From positions 31,161 to 95,160 of the forward strand of contig JABCTC010000008.1 in the NCBI GenBank assembly GCA_018238545.1: DNA of 64,000 nucleotides. Reading direction: 5' to 3'. The translations under genes were made by a program, and so were the position numbers. The notes beneath the pieces are model-generated. The model saw only the letters and a list, made by a program, of their open reading frames with translations, ran no database searches and had not been told where the DNA came from. Position 1 is the stretch's first letter; each line of letters opens with the position of its first letter. Positions 30,550 through 40,796 of the stretch are shown piece by piece. Source of the DNA: Candidatus Heimdallarchaeota archaeon. Lineage in GTDB: Archaea > Asgardarchaeota > Heimdallarchaeia > Heimdallarchaeales > Heimdallarchaeaceae.

Positions 30550-31115
30550 TTTTTCTTCATCTCTAAATTATAATTTGTTAATATAACTTGTTCATCTATA
30601 TCCAATGGACCTAATGATACTTCTCCATATGTTTTGGGTAGGTTGATATTATCAAAACCAAATAAAAACACGTTTGCTTCACATATTTTTCTCTGATAAT
30701 TATTACTAACCATCTCTGTTCTTATTAACTTCAAACAATTGTCTTTTGTGTGTTTTTCGAGTATCCATTCATAAGACCCTTCAAAAACATTCAAACCTGG
30801 TGTTAACTTTCCTGATTTAGCTGTGGGATCAATTATGTGGTTTATAGCTCTGAGTAGAAGATGAGCTGCTGAAAAATAACTTGGTCCTAAGTAACGTAAG
30901 TTTGCACCATTGAATGTTACAGTATATGGTTTTGATTTGTGAGTTGTACAATAATAGATATCAAGCGATTTGCGAAATTCATTTGAGAGAAAGAAAGCAT
31001 CAGATATTGCTTTGATAAACATTCCTTCTGCCGTAATAGAATCTTCTATAGAATAAAGAATTCCTTTTGTTAATGAAAAGGGTGGGGCGTTAAAAACGAA
31101 AAAATGAGAAGACAT
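30546..31115 (-). CDS. trmY: Divergent TrmY-like SPOUT methyltransferase
   Basis: AFFLSNEFR, LRYLGP, TPGL, VSLGP; directly upstream of pus10. Confidence 0.65.
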   Translation of the reverse strand: MSSHFFVFNAPPFSLTKGILYSIEDSITAEGMFIKAISDAFFLSNEFRKSLDIYYCTTHKSKPYTVTFNGANLRYLGPSYFSAAHLLLRAINHIIDPTAKSGKLTPGLNVFEGSYEWILEKHTKDNCLKLIRTEMVSNNYQRKICEANVFLFGFDNINLPKTYGEVSLGPLDIDEQVILTNYNLEMKKK

Positions 31116-31137
31116 TAAGAAATCACACAGGAGTATT

Positions 31138-32475
31138 TTACATCAGACCTGGTGGTAATCCAGGGATTTGTAGTCCGCCTCTTCGTCCTTTTTTCATGCG
31201 CTTCACCAATGATGTAACTGTTTTGTGTTGATTAATCAATTCTTTTACTTCTGCAGTAGTTCTACCACTACCTTGAGCAACACGTTGGATTCTTGAGCTA
31301 CTAAGCTTGACTTTACCATCTAACTCATTGCCAGTCATTGATGACATAATTACTTTAAATCTCTTCATATTGTCTTTTGAAAGATTTAGCATATCTTCAT
31401 CAATATTGGCTCCAAGGCCTGGAACCATCGAGAGCATCTTCTTCATCGACCCCATAGAACTAAAACTATCAAGCATTTCCATCATTTGGCGATAAGAAAT
31501 TTTTCCGCTTAACATACTCATTGCTTCATCTTTTGAAGGGAGAATTTCCAACTCTCTCACTTCTTTTAGAAGACCTTCTAAATCCCCTACACCAATTAAT
31601 CTTCCAACAAAAGAAGTAGGATTGAATTCTTCGATAGAATCAATGTCTTCTCCATCACATATGAACTTAATTGGAACTTTAGCTGCAGAAGCTGCAGAAA
31701 GACTGCCTCCTCCTTTAGCTGAACCATCCATTTTCGTTACAATTACTGATCCTAATTTCGTTGTTTGAGCAAAAGCTAGTGCTTGGTCATAGGCTGCTTG
31801 ACCAAGATTACCATCAATAACCAAAATTATTTCATCTGGTTTTATTTTGTTACCGATATCTTTCATCTCTTTAAGAAGAGACTTTTCTTCTTTATGACGA
31901 CCAGCTGTATCTAGTATAATAACATTGTATTTCTCATTAAGGAATTTTTGAACACCATCAGAAGCGATTTTTACAGCATTTTTGTTTTCTGGATCCCCAT
32001 AAACTGGAACCTCAATTGTATCACAAAGCTGTTTCAGTTGTTCATATGCTCCTGGTCTGAAGTTATCTGCAGTTACAACAGCTACTTTTTTACCTCGTTT
32101 TTTTATGTATTTTGCAAGTTTTGCTACTGTAGTAGTTTTACCAGACCCTTGGATACCTACTAATTCAATTATTGTAGGTTTATCTGGATGTAGAATTAAA
32201 GGATAAAACTTTGAACCTAAAAATTTAGTAAGCTCTTCGTGAATGATTGAAAGAACACTATTCTTTCTTGATAATCCCTTTGCAAGTTCCTTGTCGAGTG
32301 ATTTACGTTCAACTTCATTTACGACATTAGCAGCTAAATCAAATTGCACGTCTGCTTCTAATAATGCTTTCAACATAGCATTCTTTAGTTCGAGTATAAC
32401 TTCTTTGTCGGGAGGACCTCCTCGAAGAATTTTAGATATAGCGTTATTTAGAGCTGATCCAAGTTTGCCTAACAT
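31138..32475 (-). CDS. srp54: Signal recognition particle protein SRP54
   Basis: GIQGSGKTTT, DTAGRH, TKMDGSAKGGG, M domain. Confidence 0.98.
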   Translation of the reverse strand: MLGKLGSALNNAISKILRGGPPDKEVILELKNAMLKALLEADVQFDLAANVVNEVERKSLDKELAKGLSRKNSVLSIIHEELTKFLGSKFYPLILHPDKPTIIELVGIQGSGKTTTVAKLAKYIKKRGKKVAVVTADNFRPGAYEQLKQLCDTIEVPVYGDPENKNAVKIASDGVQKFLNEKYNVIILDTAGRHKEEKSLLKEMKDIGNKIKPDEIILVIDGNLGQAAYDQALAFAQTTKLGSVIVTKMDGSAKGGGSLSAASAAKVPIKFICDGEDIDSIEEFNPTSFVGRLIGVGDLEGLLKEVRELEILPSKDEAMSMLSGKISYRQMMEMLDSFSSMGSMKKMLSMVPGLGANIDEDMLNLSKDNMKRFKVIMSSMTGNELDGKVKLSSSRIQRVAQGSGRTTAEVKELINQHKTVTSLVKRMKKGRRGGLQIPGLPPGLM

Positions 32476-32545
32476 AAATTATCAATGGAAAAAAAGAAAA
32501 GAGATTAAAGAAGATTCTGTTTAAAGGGAAAAGAAAAAGAAGAAC

Positions 32546-33445
32546 TTACAATTTAAGCTGATCTTCTTGTATTTGCACTGGCTCATTTGCTAATTTTGCC
32601 TTCTTATGAATGTCAATTTTGTTGACATAGTAGACTATTCCTTTAACTTCTGAAAGAGCGCCAATTATGACGTTTTTACCTTTAACATCCTGTTCAACGA
32701 CTGTGTTGCTAATGTCTACTTCATCAATCGCAAAAACTGTGCCTTCAATACTAGATCTCTTTATTCTTCTAAGTTTGTGACCAAGGACATTCTTGTTTAT
32801 GAAAACATCTGCTCCAACCAAGTTACCCTCAACAACCATTTTACCGTTTGCTTCAACAGTTCCCTGAGATAGTAAATTCCCTTTTGTTACAGACGATCCT
32901 GAAAAAGATACCCCTTGATCTGCTTGTAAATTGTCTCCACATTTGAAACTTCCTGATCCCTTTATTTTCCCTTCAACTATTACTTCACCACCAACCTTAG
33001 CAGAACCTGAAAATTTCACGTTTCCTCCTGCTTGAAGGAACCCAGCACAGGAAAATGACCCTGAGCACTTAACATCCTCATGAGCTGTAATACTGCCTCC
33101 ACTTCTCAGGGATCCTGCAGCTTTTAGACTCTTGCAAACCAAGTCATTCTCGATTTTAGCAGATCCAGCAAATTTAATGTCTTTAGGAATATCTCCGCCA
33201 CTTATTTTGGCAGAACCCGCAGTTGAAAGAACTGTATCAGAACTGAGCTGAGCTCCAGACACTTTAATGTGTGGAACGGAACCATTTCTTCTTGCTTCAA
33301 GTTTAGATTGTTCTAATTTTCCTTGATATCTTTCTTTTAGTTCAGAGTAATTTCCTTTATCAATCTCTCCACTTTCAAATTTTTTCTCGAGTAACTCGAG
33401 CAATTCTTCATACATTTTAACTTCATTATCGGACATATTTATCAC
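32546..33445 (-). CDS. Polymer-forming cytoskeletal (bactofilin-like beta-helix) protein with N-terminal SHOCT-like module
   Basis: Repeated (K/S)xSGSxxxxGxI/L beta-solenoid turns; N-terminal FESGEID..NYSELK. Confidence 0.7.
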   Translation of the reverse strand: MINMSDNEVKMYEELLELLEKKFESGEIDKGNYSELKERYQGKLEQSKLEARRNGSVPHIKVSGAQLSSDTVLSTAGSAKISGGDIPKDIKFAGSAKIENDLVCKSLKAAGSLRSGGSITAHEDVKCSGSFSCAGFLQAGGNVKFSGSAKVGGEVIVEGKIKGSGSFKCGDNLQADQGVSFSGSSVTKGNLLSQGTVEANGKMVVEGNLVGADVFINKNVLGHKLRRIKRSSIEGTVFAIDEVDISNTVVEQDVKGKNVIIGALSEVKGIVYYVNKIDIHKKAKLANEPVQIQEDQLKL

Positions 33446-33600
33446 TATGATAAAGATGCTAGGGCTTTATTTAATACTTTTTTTAATTCTCCAGAGTAAT
33501 CACTTAATCCTCTGGTTAAACGCTTATAATAGGAAAGTGTAAGGGTTAAACCATTTGGTTAAAGGATAGTCTATTAAAACAGACAATAATAAAATAGAGT

Positions 33601-33731
33601 TGGTGCGGGGAGGGAGATTCGAACTCCCGAACTACTAAAGAACGGATGACTTTTCTTTTTTCTAACCCTTATTTTTTGGCTTTAAACCAAGATCTTAAGT
33701 CCGCCGCCGTTGGCCACTTGGCTATCCCCAC
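33601..33731 (-). tRNA. tRNA-Leu(TAA) with 46-nt intron at position 37/38 (33648..33693), CCA encoded
   Basis: Removing the intron gives an 85-nt tRNA differing from tRNA-Leu(CAA) at 5 positions; BHB-like structure. Confidence 0.95.
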
Positions 33732-33816
33732 ATTCTTCTGTGTTTTTATGCGGCTATTATAGAAACTATCCTTTGTTTTTTAAAACTTTTCATTTTGATT
33801 TTATTGTTTGTTTTTA

Positions 33817-33859
33817 TTATGGATGTAATCCTATAGGATCTCCTATTAAAAATAGCACT
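33817..33859 (-). pseudogene. Degenerate aspS 3'-end remnant 1
   Basis: Reads VLFLIGDPIGLHP*; 32/43 nt identical, ungapped, to remnant 2. Confidence 0.6.
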
Positions 33860-34017
33860 AACTCAACTGGTCATGTCATAGTTTGGGTGAAATGGACGCA
33901 GAAGGCGATTTCTTGGTTCTCTTAAACCTAAATATCTATTTCTTCAAACACTCTTAATGTTTCATTAACTTTTTGTGGTGTATAAATAAGAAAAGCTTCA
34001 GTAAATAACGATTTAGT

Positions 34018-35109
34018 ATGGTGGGGGGGAGAAGATTTTTAGCTATTGTTATGTTAGCGTGCATCTTATTACAAACTACTTCTTCTCCTAGAGCCATTTT
34101 ACCATATGGTGATTTATTTTATTCCAATTTTCTGGTTGTAGGAAAAGAGCTAGAGTGGAAAGTTAGTGTTCTTGATTGGTCAGGAAACGAATCAATTTAT
34201 TCTAAAGCCTATATTGACGATACTAACCTTTCTCAAGGAGATAACGTGAAACTATCGGTAACTCATGATCCTAATATTTTCCTCAATAATTTAATGACTG
34301 AAAGTGAATGGTTAAACATCTCCTTAAACGGACAAGAAAAGCGCTTTTATGCTTCTGATGTTCATCTTGGAGCTCATACTTGGATTTATGGGAATTTTTT
34401 CATTTCTCCAGTTATTGACAGAATAGAAGATAATTTTACACTATTATTTGAAAAATATTATGCCCACGTAAAATCTACAGAGTACAATAACACTGAATAT
34501 TACACAGATATAGGTGAGACGTATTCTATTGCCTTGATTAATACAGAGTATTTGCTCTTTAATATTTCAGATGTTCTTTTCAAGGAAACCTTCTATTATT
34601 GCGAATATTTTAATGCTGTTGATAATTGCTATGAAAATGAAGAAGAAAGCCTCTTCAAGCTATACAGCGTTTTTTATGAATCTGTGATAGATATTGAAAG
34701 AGGGACATTATTTTCTTATAAATGTTATATTAATTCTGTATGCAACTATACTTCTGAACTAATAGAGAACGAATATGCTGAAGACCACTATTACTTATTG
34801 ATAGAAAACAAAGATAAAACTACAGGCTACGCTAATGATTTAACTTCAACTAGTACAACAGTGTCTTATGAAACTATTTTTGGCATAAATGTCAACCATA
34901 TCGTTATTGGAATGGCGATATTCACTGCCTTATTTGCCACTGTGGAATGGTTCTATGCGCAGAAAAAAGAGAAGAAAATCAAACAAGTTGAAAAACGACA
35001 AATAGCTGGATTCGCAGAAAAGATTAAGAGAGCTATGCAGCCACAAGAGAAAAAGGACAAAGAAAAATCTTCACTCACAAAGTCTACTACATCTAACTTG
35101 TCAAAATGA
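34018..35109 (+). CDS. Secreted or cell-surface protein with C-terminal TM anchor
   Basis: Signal peptide, several N-x-S/T sequons, S/T linker, TM helix, basic tail. Confidence 0.75.
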   Translation: MVGGRRFLAIVMLACILLQTTSSPRAILPYGDLFYSNFLVVGKELEWKVSVLDWSGNESIYSKAYIDDTNLSQGDNVKLSVTHDPNIFLNNLMTESEWLNISLNGQEKRFYASDVHLGAHTWIYGNFFISPVIDRIEDNFTLLFEKYYAHVKSTEYNNTEYYTDIGETYSIALINTEYLLFNISDVLFKETFYYCEYFNAVDNCYENEEESLFKLYSVFYESVIDIERGTLFSYKCYINSVCNYTSELIENEYAEDHYYLLIENKDKTTGYANDLTSTSTTVSYETIFGINVNHIVIGMAIFTALFATVEWFYAQKKEKKIKQVEKRQIAGFAEKIKRAMQPQEKKDKEKSSLTKSTTSNLSK

Positions 35110-36358
35110 TTACACTAGCAATACTTACACATGCTCGGTAAAGGCCAAAGAAAGCAAGTGGAAGAAGTATCTTTATTATTGTGAGAACATTTTTTCTATC
35201 CTTCTCCCTATCTGTCTTTTTGAAGATTATAACATATAGCTTGTTTAATGAAACAAGTGAACTGAAAGTTGTACAGATGAGAAAAATAGTTGATAGAGTT
35301 TGTAATAATATATTTAATGTTTCATATATTGAATGCACTGAGAGGATTTCTGAATTTAATACTAGCATGAAATATTGAGGCGAATATTCATAGAGGGTAT
35401 TAACAAGTAATAACATTAAAATTCTCATTGCAAAAACCATAGTAAGGATAAGGATTGTTTTACTAATAACAACCAGAGACGGATTTTTTTCTTTGTTTAA
35501 TTCAGTATTAATTATGTCTGTACCTCCAATTATTTTGCGAAAGTAATAATTCACTGAACCAGTTGTTTTTACGTTAGAATTCCTAGATATTTTCCTATGT
35601 TTACCTAGTGCTAAAAGAAAAAGATGACGTGATAACCCAATTATTACGACAAGAAATCCTCCCATCGAGAAAAAATCAAGAAAATCATAAAAATATCCCC
35701 AATTGTGATCAATGAGCTGAGGATAGTAGAAATAAGGGTGGAAAGAGGTGTATACAAATAGCACAATTGAGATAATTAATGCAATAACTGTTTTTATTAT
35801 CATCTCCTTATGTGTAGGTAATTTAGCTAATGGGTTCTTAGTCACATGATTTGCCGTTTTTCCTTTTTTGACCATTAGTGTTCCTCCCAGTATGTTGAAC
35901 ACGATTAGTCCTGCAATAACTCCAAATATTAACCACCAGTTAATTTTGGTTGGTTCTGAAGACAAATATTCAAATGATTCAGTAAACTCTTTACTATTTA
36001 TTTGGTCATAAAAACGAATGTTAAGAATATTCAACTTGTAGAGATAGTCTTCTGGTAATTTAACAATCAATATGCTATATATTGAAAGCAATTCTGTTCC
36101 AAATCTTATTCTACAATTCTCCGTTATTTCTATGTCATTAAGAAAGACGCTGAAGCCTATTGGACGAGGAAGGTTCATTAAAGTGACGTGAATCTCTTTA
36201 TTTTGTTCCATTATCTGTATTTTTGTTATTTCTATATCCTTTGCAGAGCTTGCGCCTTCAACAGTGCTACAAAGAAGAACCATTGTGATTAGAAAGAGCA
36301 CGATAAATCTAGTTTTCTTCATTAGTGATATAACGAAAACATCCCATAAATACACCAC
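35093..36358 (-). CDS. Multi-pass membrane protein with small ectodomain
   Basis: Signal-like N-terminus, ~100-aa beta-rich domain, ~6 TM helices. Confidence 0.75.
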   Translation of the reverse strand: MVYLWDVFVISLMKKTRFIVLFLITMVLLCSTVEGASSAKDIEITKIQIMEQNKEIHVTLMNLPRPIGFSVFLNDIEITENCRIRFGTELLSIYSILIVKLPEDYLYKLNILNIRFYDQINSKEFTESFEYLSSEPTKINWWLIFGVIAGLIVFNILGGTLMVKKGKTANHVTKNPLAKLPTHKEMIIKTVIALIISIVLFVYTSFHPYFYYPQLIDHNWGYFYDFLDFFSMGGFLVVIIGLSRHLFLLALGKHRKISRNSNVKTTGSVNYYFRKIIGGTDIINTELNKEKNPSLVVISKTILILTMVFAMRILMLLLVNTLYEYSPQYFMLVLNSEILSVHSIYETLNILLQTLSTIFLICTTFSSLVSLNKLYVIIFKKTDREKDRKNVLTIIKILLPLAFFGLYRACVSIASVIILTS

Positions 36359-36417
36359 AGAAAATTAGTTCTTAATGTATCATAGATAAAAAACAAGAAA
36401 AATAAAGAAATTTAACA

Positions 36418-36534
36418 TTATGGGTGCAATCTCGTAGGATCTCTTGGTAGTAATCGCACTTCTCTAATATTTGGTAAATCAAGTATTTTTTGGACAAATC
36501 TTTCTATTCCAGTTCCACTGCCTTCGTATGGTAT
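36418..36534 (-). pseudogene. aspS 3'-end remnant 2
   Basis: Reads IPYEGSGTGIERFVQKILDLPNIREVRLLPRDPTRLHP*; 31/38 aa and 86/117 nt identical to the aspS end at 47905..48021. Confidence 0.93.
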
Positions 36535-36546
36535 TCACAGATTTCT

Positions 36547-36924
36547 TCAAATCCAGTCCTTTCTCCAGTCATCATAGTTATCAGGAAGTTTTTCTGACTC
36601 ATCAAGAGTATTATTGTTGAGTTTTTTTCTATAATAAGTTTCATTATTCTTAAAAATATCATACCAAGCTGAATTAATCAGTTCATTTATGAAAGGGATA
36701 AATACTAGGTTTAGTAGTACTAATAGTATTGTTAGAATACTTAGAACCAGGACTATCACAGGTGATTCAATTACAATGATAGTAATTAGGACAGTAATTA
36801 AAATAACACTATAAATTATCTGCCAATTAGAACGTCTTTTATCCTGTTCTAATAGGATTTCTTTACTATTTTTTTTCTCTTGTTTTTTTATACTTTCAAG
36901 ATTGAATATTTTCATTTTAATCAA
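36547..36924 (-). CDS. Small two-TM hypothetical protein
   Basis: Hydrophobic hairpin flanked by charged segments. Confidence 0.6.
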   Translation of the reverse strand: MIKMKIFNLESIKKQEKKNSKEILLEQDKRRSNWQIIYSVILITVLITIIVIESPVIVLVLSILTILLVLLNLVFIPFINELINSAWYDIFKNNETYYRKKLNNNTLDESEKLPDNYDDWRKDWI

Positions 36925-37344
36925 TTCTTACATATAATATTAACATGTATATCCTCATAATTCAATATAAAAGGACATCCTTACATTTTATTAGTTTTTT
37001 TCAAATGAGAAAACCTAATGATGTTTTTGATTTCAAATGCTACCCTCAAATTTTAGCCACTTTCTTATTATCATTTAAATATGGAAGTAAAAATTGCATA
37101 GAAGTGTAAAAAAAGGTAGTATTTGAGAAATATTAGAAACAAACTTTTGTAAGTGAAGAAAACCTATCTTCTTCATATAGTATGAGCATTTACTTTTTCA
37201 ATCTTCTTTGCTTGAATCTTTAATTTCAGTAACAAAACGTTCATCCATAAAAAACTAATAACTAAACTAAGCATGCTGTTTAAAATAGTGTGAAAATATT
37301 AAATGAATAGATAGAAATAATGAACAGAATAAACTGTAAATCTA

Positions 37345-39123
37345 GTGATGTGTTATAATATGACCAGTTTCAATGGTAAAACTTCCAAAGAAATAGAAAG
37401 CAAATTTCAAGAATTGAAAATGAAAGTGTGGAATTATATACTAAAGGATGATCATGAGAATATACCTCAATCTTTGTTCCAACATTTAGAGGATGAATTC
37501 AATAGAATAGAAACTACATATGATATAAGAGATGACAAACTTAATCTTTTTCATGTAAAACATAACTATTTACTAACAAAATTTTACGAATTCTTTAATA
37601 AAGATCAAACAATTTCAATGGAATTGTTAATTGATGCTCTCTCTTTCTTACTTGAAAGACACTTGTTAAGAAAGTATCAACCTCAAACATTTGAGAAAAT
37701 GTTACTTCCATACTTTGTTGCTATTGGAAAAATAAAACCACAAGCTGAAAAAATACATTGGAATCAAATTGAAGGCAAATTTCTGAAATTTCTAGACAAG
37801 TATACTAAACAACTAAACTTCGCTTCGAAGAATCTTGGAGGAATATTTGACAATCTTACAAGATTGTTCTTCGAGGGCTTCTACGAAAAACGAGTTTCCA
37901 CATTTAGTACTAGAGGAGAATATCTTGATGCAAATGAGATTAGTAGTAGAGTTAATACCATTCTATCTAATCTTATGGATGTTCATAGTAGTCGTGAAAC
38001 AAATACAATTTCCTACGGATGGGAGATATTATACAAAATAAAGAAAAGGCAATTGCATTATTTAGTTAGATTCAACTATTTTGAGGAAACCACAGAGAAA
38101 AGACAATCTGTAAAGAAAGAAATAGAGATTATAACTGACGATATGTGTCGATATTCAAGCTATTCACTAAAAGCTTTTGAAAAATACTATAAAAACAGAA
38201 TTTCTAATGATGAAGGAAAAGAAGAAGATTTCTTATACAAAAAAACACTAAAAGAACTTGATACCTTTACTGCTTCCTATTTCTTGTATGCTTACTCAAA
38301 ATTAGATATACTCAAAGCTTGGAATGTTTTGGATAAGATAAAAACTTATTTAGTTGGAAAAGCATTTAAAGAAAATGTTCCACTTTCTGATACGCTTCTA
38401 GAATATTACGGTGAAGAATGGTCAGTACTCTACATTTTTGCAAAAATCAGTCTTTTAAGAGAAGAAATAATGAAGAGAGAAAAATCTGTAAAACAAGAAT
38501 GGCAAAAAGAGATGTTTAAGAGAATTTCTTTAGTACTAGAAGAGGAAAAAAAACTATTCAAGTATGAATTAACATTGAAAAGGGATTATAACCTTAAGAT
38601 TATGACATCACAATTCGCAGGGGGTTTTTCAGAATACCTTATACATGATTTAGCTCAAAAATTCTATGATTTCGGTCCACTTGATGAACAGAAACAATCT
38701 GCTTTTTTTGACTTATTTCACTGCATAAAAACTATGTCTACTAAAGATGACATAGTTTTGAATAAAAGATTATCTCAAAATGATCCCGATATTGATATTT
38801 ATATGAAAAACAAAGGTGCATTGTTTTTAAAAAATTCCACAATTGAAGCAGATGAGATGAAACAATTGTGGAAGGAGTTAACGTTATGTAACAATAAGAA
38901 TATTAAGAATGTTTATTTTGGGATAAATTTTGTTAAAAACATCCATAAAATTGAATATATTCGAGTAAATTTCAAAAAAATGACAAAAGAGTATTCTGAG
39001 ATGTATATTTCAGTTTTTGACATAAAAGATTTGGTTGAGGCACTATTTCAGGAGCTTGAAAGAAGTAAAATGCCAAAAACGACCTTTCAGAAGATGGATT
39101 TTTATAGAATTTTAGATTATTAA
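37345..39123 (+). CDS. Helical protein with putative C-terminal PD-(D/E)xK-like nuclease domain
   Basis: GGFSEYLIHD helix, DPDIDIY, LFLKN. Confidence 0.55.
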   Translation: MMCYNMTSFNGKTSKEIESKFQELKMKVWNYILKDDHENIPQSLFQHLEDEFNRIETTYDIRDDKLNLFHVKHNYLLTKFYEFFNKDQTISMELLIDALSFLLERHLLRKYQPQTFEKMLLPYFVAIGKIKPQAEKIHWNQIEGKFLKFLDKYTKQLNFASKNLGGIFDNLTRLFFEGFYEKRVSTFSTRGEYLDANEISSRVNTILSNLMDVHSSRETNTISYGWEILYKIKKRQLHYLVRFNYFEETTEKRQSVKKEIEIITDDMCRYSSYSLKAFEKYYKNRISNDEGKEEDFLYKKTLKELDTFTASYFLYAYSKLDILKAWNVLDKIKTYLVGKAFKENVPLSDTLLEYYGEEWSVLYIFAKISLLREEIMKREKSVKQEWQKEMFKRISLVLEEEKKLFKYELTLKRDYNLKIMTSQFAGGFSEYLIHDLAQKFYDFGPLDEQKQSAFFDLFHCIKTMSTKDDIVLNKRLSQNDPDIDIYMKNKGALFLKNSTIEADEMKQLWKELTLCNNKNIKNVYFGINFVKNIHKIEYIRVNFKKMTKEYSEMYISVFDIKDLVEALFQELERSKMPKTTFQKMDFYRILDY

Positions 39124-39389
39124 CAACAGTAAATTGGAAAAAATGAACTATAAACGGTTTTTTTGGGTAAGTATCGGATTTTTTAAAATTAAAAGCTTCC
39201 TTCAAATAGTTAACAATTATTTGATATTATGTACAAGATTAAGAAGTATTTTGTAACTTGTCATGCTAAAAGAAAAGATATATTTTTTCCTGAAAGTAAT
39301 CCGATAAAGTTTCTTCTTCCGCTTCTTCAGCAAAAAAGTCCACTTAAATTGTTCCTTGATTTACAATAAATAAGAAATTTATCGTTTTG

Positions 39390-39734
39390 CTAGCTACAAG
39401 CCAACATCTGATCTATTTCCTTTTGTTTGAACAAGATAATTTTGAAAGAACAGTGCTTGTTAATGTGTTCAACCATTTCTGAAGCAGTAGAACTAAATCT
39501 GTTTGCAATTATTATAGCGCCATCACATTGTAAATCCCCTATTCTTTCCTCAGTTTTGATAATAGTATTTGTCCCTACCTTTTTCTTCCAATCAAAGATA
39601 AAAACGGCATACCTTTGGGTTTTATCACTGACTATGAAGGGTTTAATCACATCTATTTCATCACATAATTGGTCAACCTTACCATAACGATGCAAGAAAA
39701 CCCACACTTTCGTTTCCATCTTTCCAGCAATCAT
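39390..39734 (-). CDS. Small restriction-endonuclease-fold (Mrr-like) protein
   Basis: FDWKKKVG.NTI, GAIIIANRFS.TA pattern. Confidence 0.55.
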   Translation of the reverse strand: MIAGKMETKVWVFLHRYGKVDQLCDEIDVIKPFIVSDKTQRYAVFIFDWKKKVGTNTIIKTEERIGDLQCDGAIIIANRFSSTASEMVEHINKHCSFKIILFKQKEIDQMLACS

Positions 39735-39849
39735 TTTCTCAAAGTAATACTTAGTAAGCTAGATATTAGTACCTACGTAGTTATACATGTCAATGTATAT
39801 CTATTAGTAAGGACTAAGAGCTAGTGAAAATATCAAGAAGGAGAAGATT

Positions 39850-40524
39850 ATGTCAAAAAAATTAAGTAATATATTGGCTTTTAGTCTGTTTTTCTTTGTA
39901 CTTCTATTTCCAAATAGTTTAATTACTGGAAGTACACCCACAATTGCTTCCAGAATCTCTCAGATCACAGAAATTTCTGTAACTACGGATAATAGTTATG
40001 ATAAACCTAATACTACACTTTTTAGAATCAATGTTTCCGTAGAAATTTTAAACAGGAACACTGAAAATTATACGGTTATAGAAACGGCAGATCATTATCC
40101 GAAAATTGTTATCAATGCTTCATTTGTAAATCAAACGTTAGGATTAGAGCCTATTATAATAAGTTTAAATATGGGAACTGAGTATATTTATCAACCAGCG
40201 ATTACAGAGGAATATGAAAGCATCAAATTTTATATTAATCAGACCAATTTAGCTTGTCTCCCGGATGGTAATTATACTATTATTAGACCAATCAACACAG
40301 CATCTAAATATGGGGGGATTGAAGCTGCAGAGATGTTACCAACTTTAATCCGAGTTACTTCAGGTATTACAAACATTACATATGCCAATTTTACAGACCT
40401 ACCCCTTCCTGAAGTAAGTTCAGCATTCACAGCTACTCTTACAACTACTTTCTTACTACTAATTTCATTCTTTGTAATGACAAGGAAAAACTCAACCAAG
40501 TTGAAAAAAGCAGGTTTATTTTAG
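39850..40524 (+). CDS. Secreted or surface glycoprotein with C-terminal TM anchor
   Basis: Signal peptide, many N-x-S/T sequons, single beta-rich domain, TM plus basic tail. Confidence 0.78.
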   Translation: MSKKLSNILAFSLFFFVLLFPNSLITGSTPTIASRISQITEISVTTDNSYDKPNTTLFRINVSVEILNRNTENYTVIETADHYPKIVINASFVNQTLGLEPIIISLNMGTEYIYQPAITEEYESIKFYINQTNLACLPDGNYTIIRPINTASKYGGIEAAEMLPTLIRVTSGITNITYANFTDLPLPEVSSAFTATLTTTFLLLISFFVMTRKNSTKLKKAGLF

Positions 40525-40796
40525 TAGATTATGCTTTGTTATGATGCTCTAATCTTTTTTAGTCTTTCTTCATAATGTGAAAAGCACTCTTGCAGGAATC
40601 TTATTTGCAGTTTTGCGCTCTTCTTTTGTTACAGGAATTTATTATTGTGTTTTATATTTCGTATTGTGATGAGAGAACAGACATCAATGAATACTTAGAT
40701 TTTTCTTTCTCCTTATCTTTCTACTGATCTCTTTAGGTTTTGGGAAGATTCTTTTACCTCCTTTATAAATGAAATTGATTATGATTAAGATAGACA

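Noticed and set aside
33601-33731. tRNA-Leu(TAA) as the island's attachment site
   Set aside because: The island lies on the tRNA's 5' side and no tRNA fragment is duplicated at the other border; the aspS fragments explain the borders better
1010-33731. The two near-identical tRNA-Leu genes as att repeats of a 32-kb element
   Set aside because: They are complete isoacceptors with different anticodons and the DNA between them is housekeeping
33710-33925. 71-aa ORF
   Set aside because: Overlaps the tRNA and the aspS remnant on the opposite strand; no coding signal
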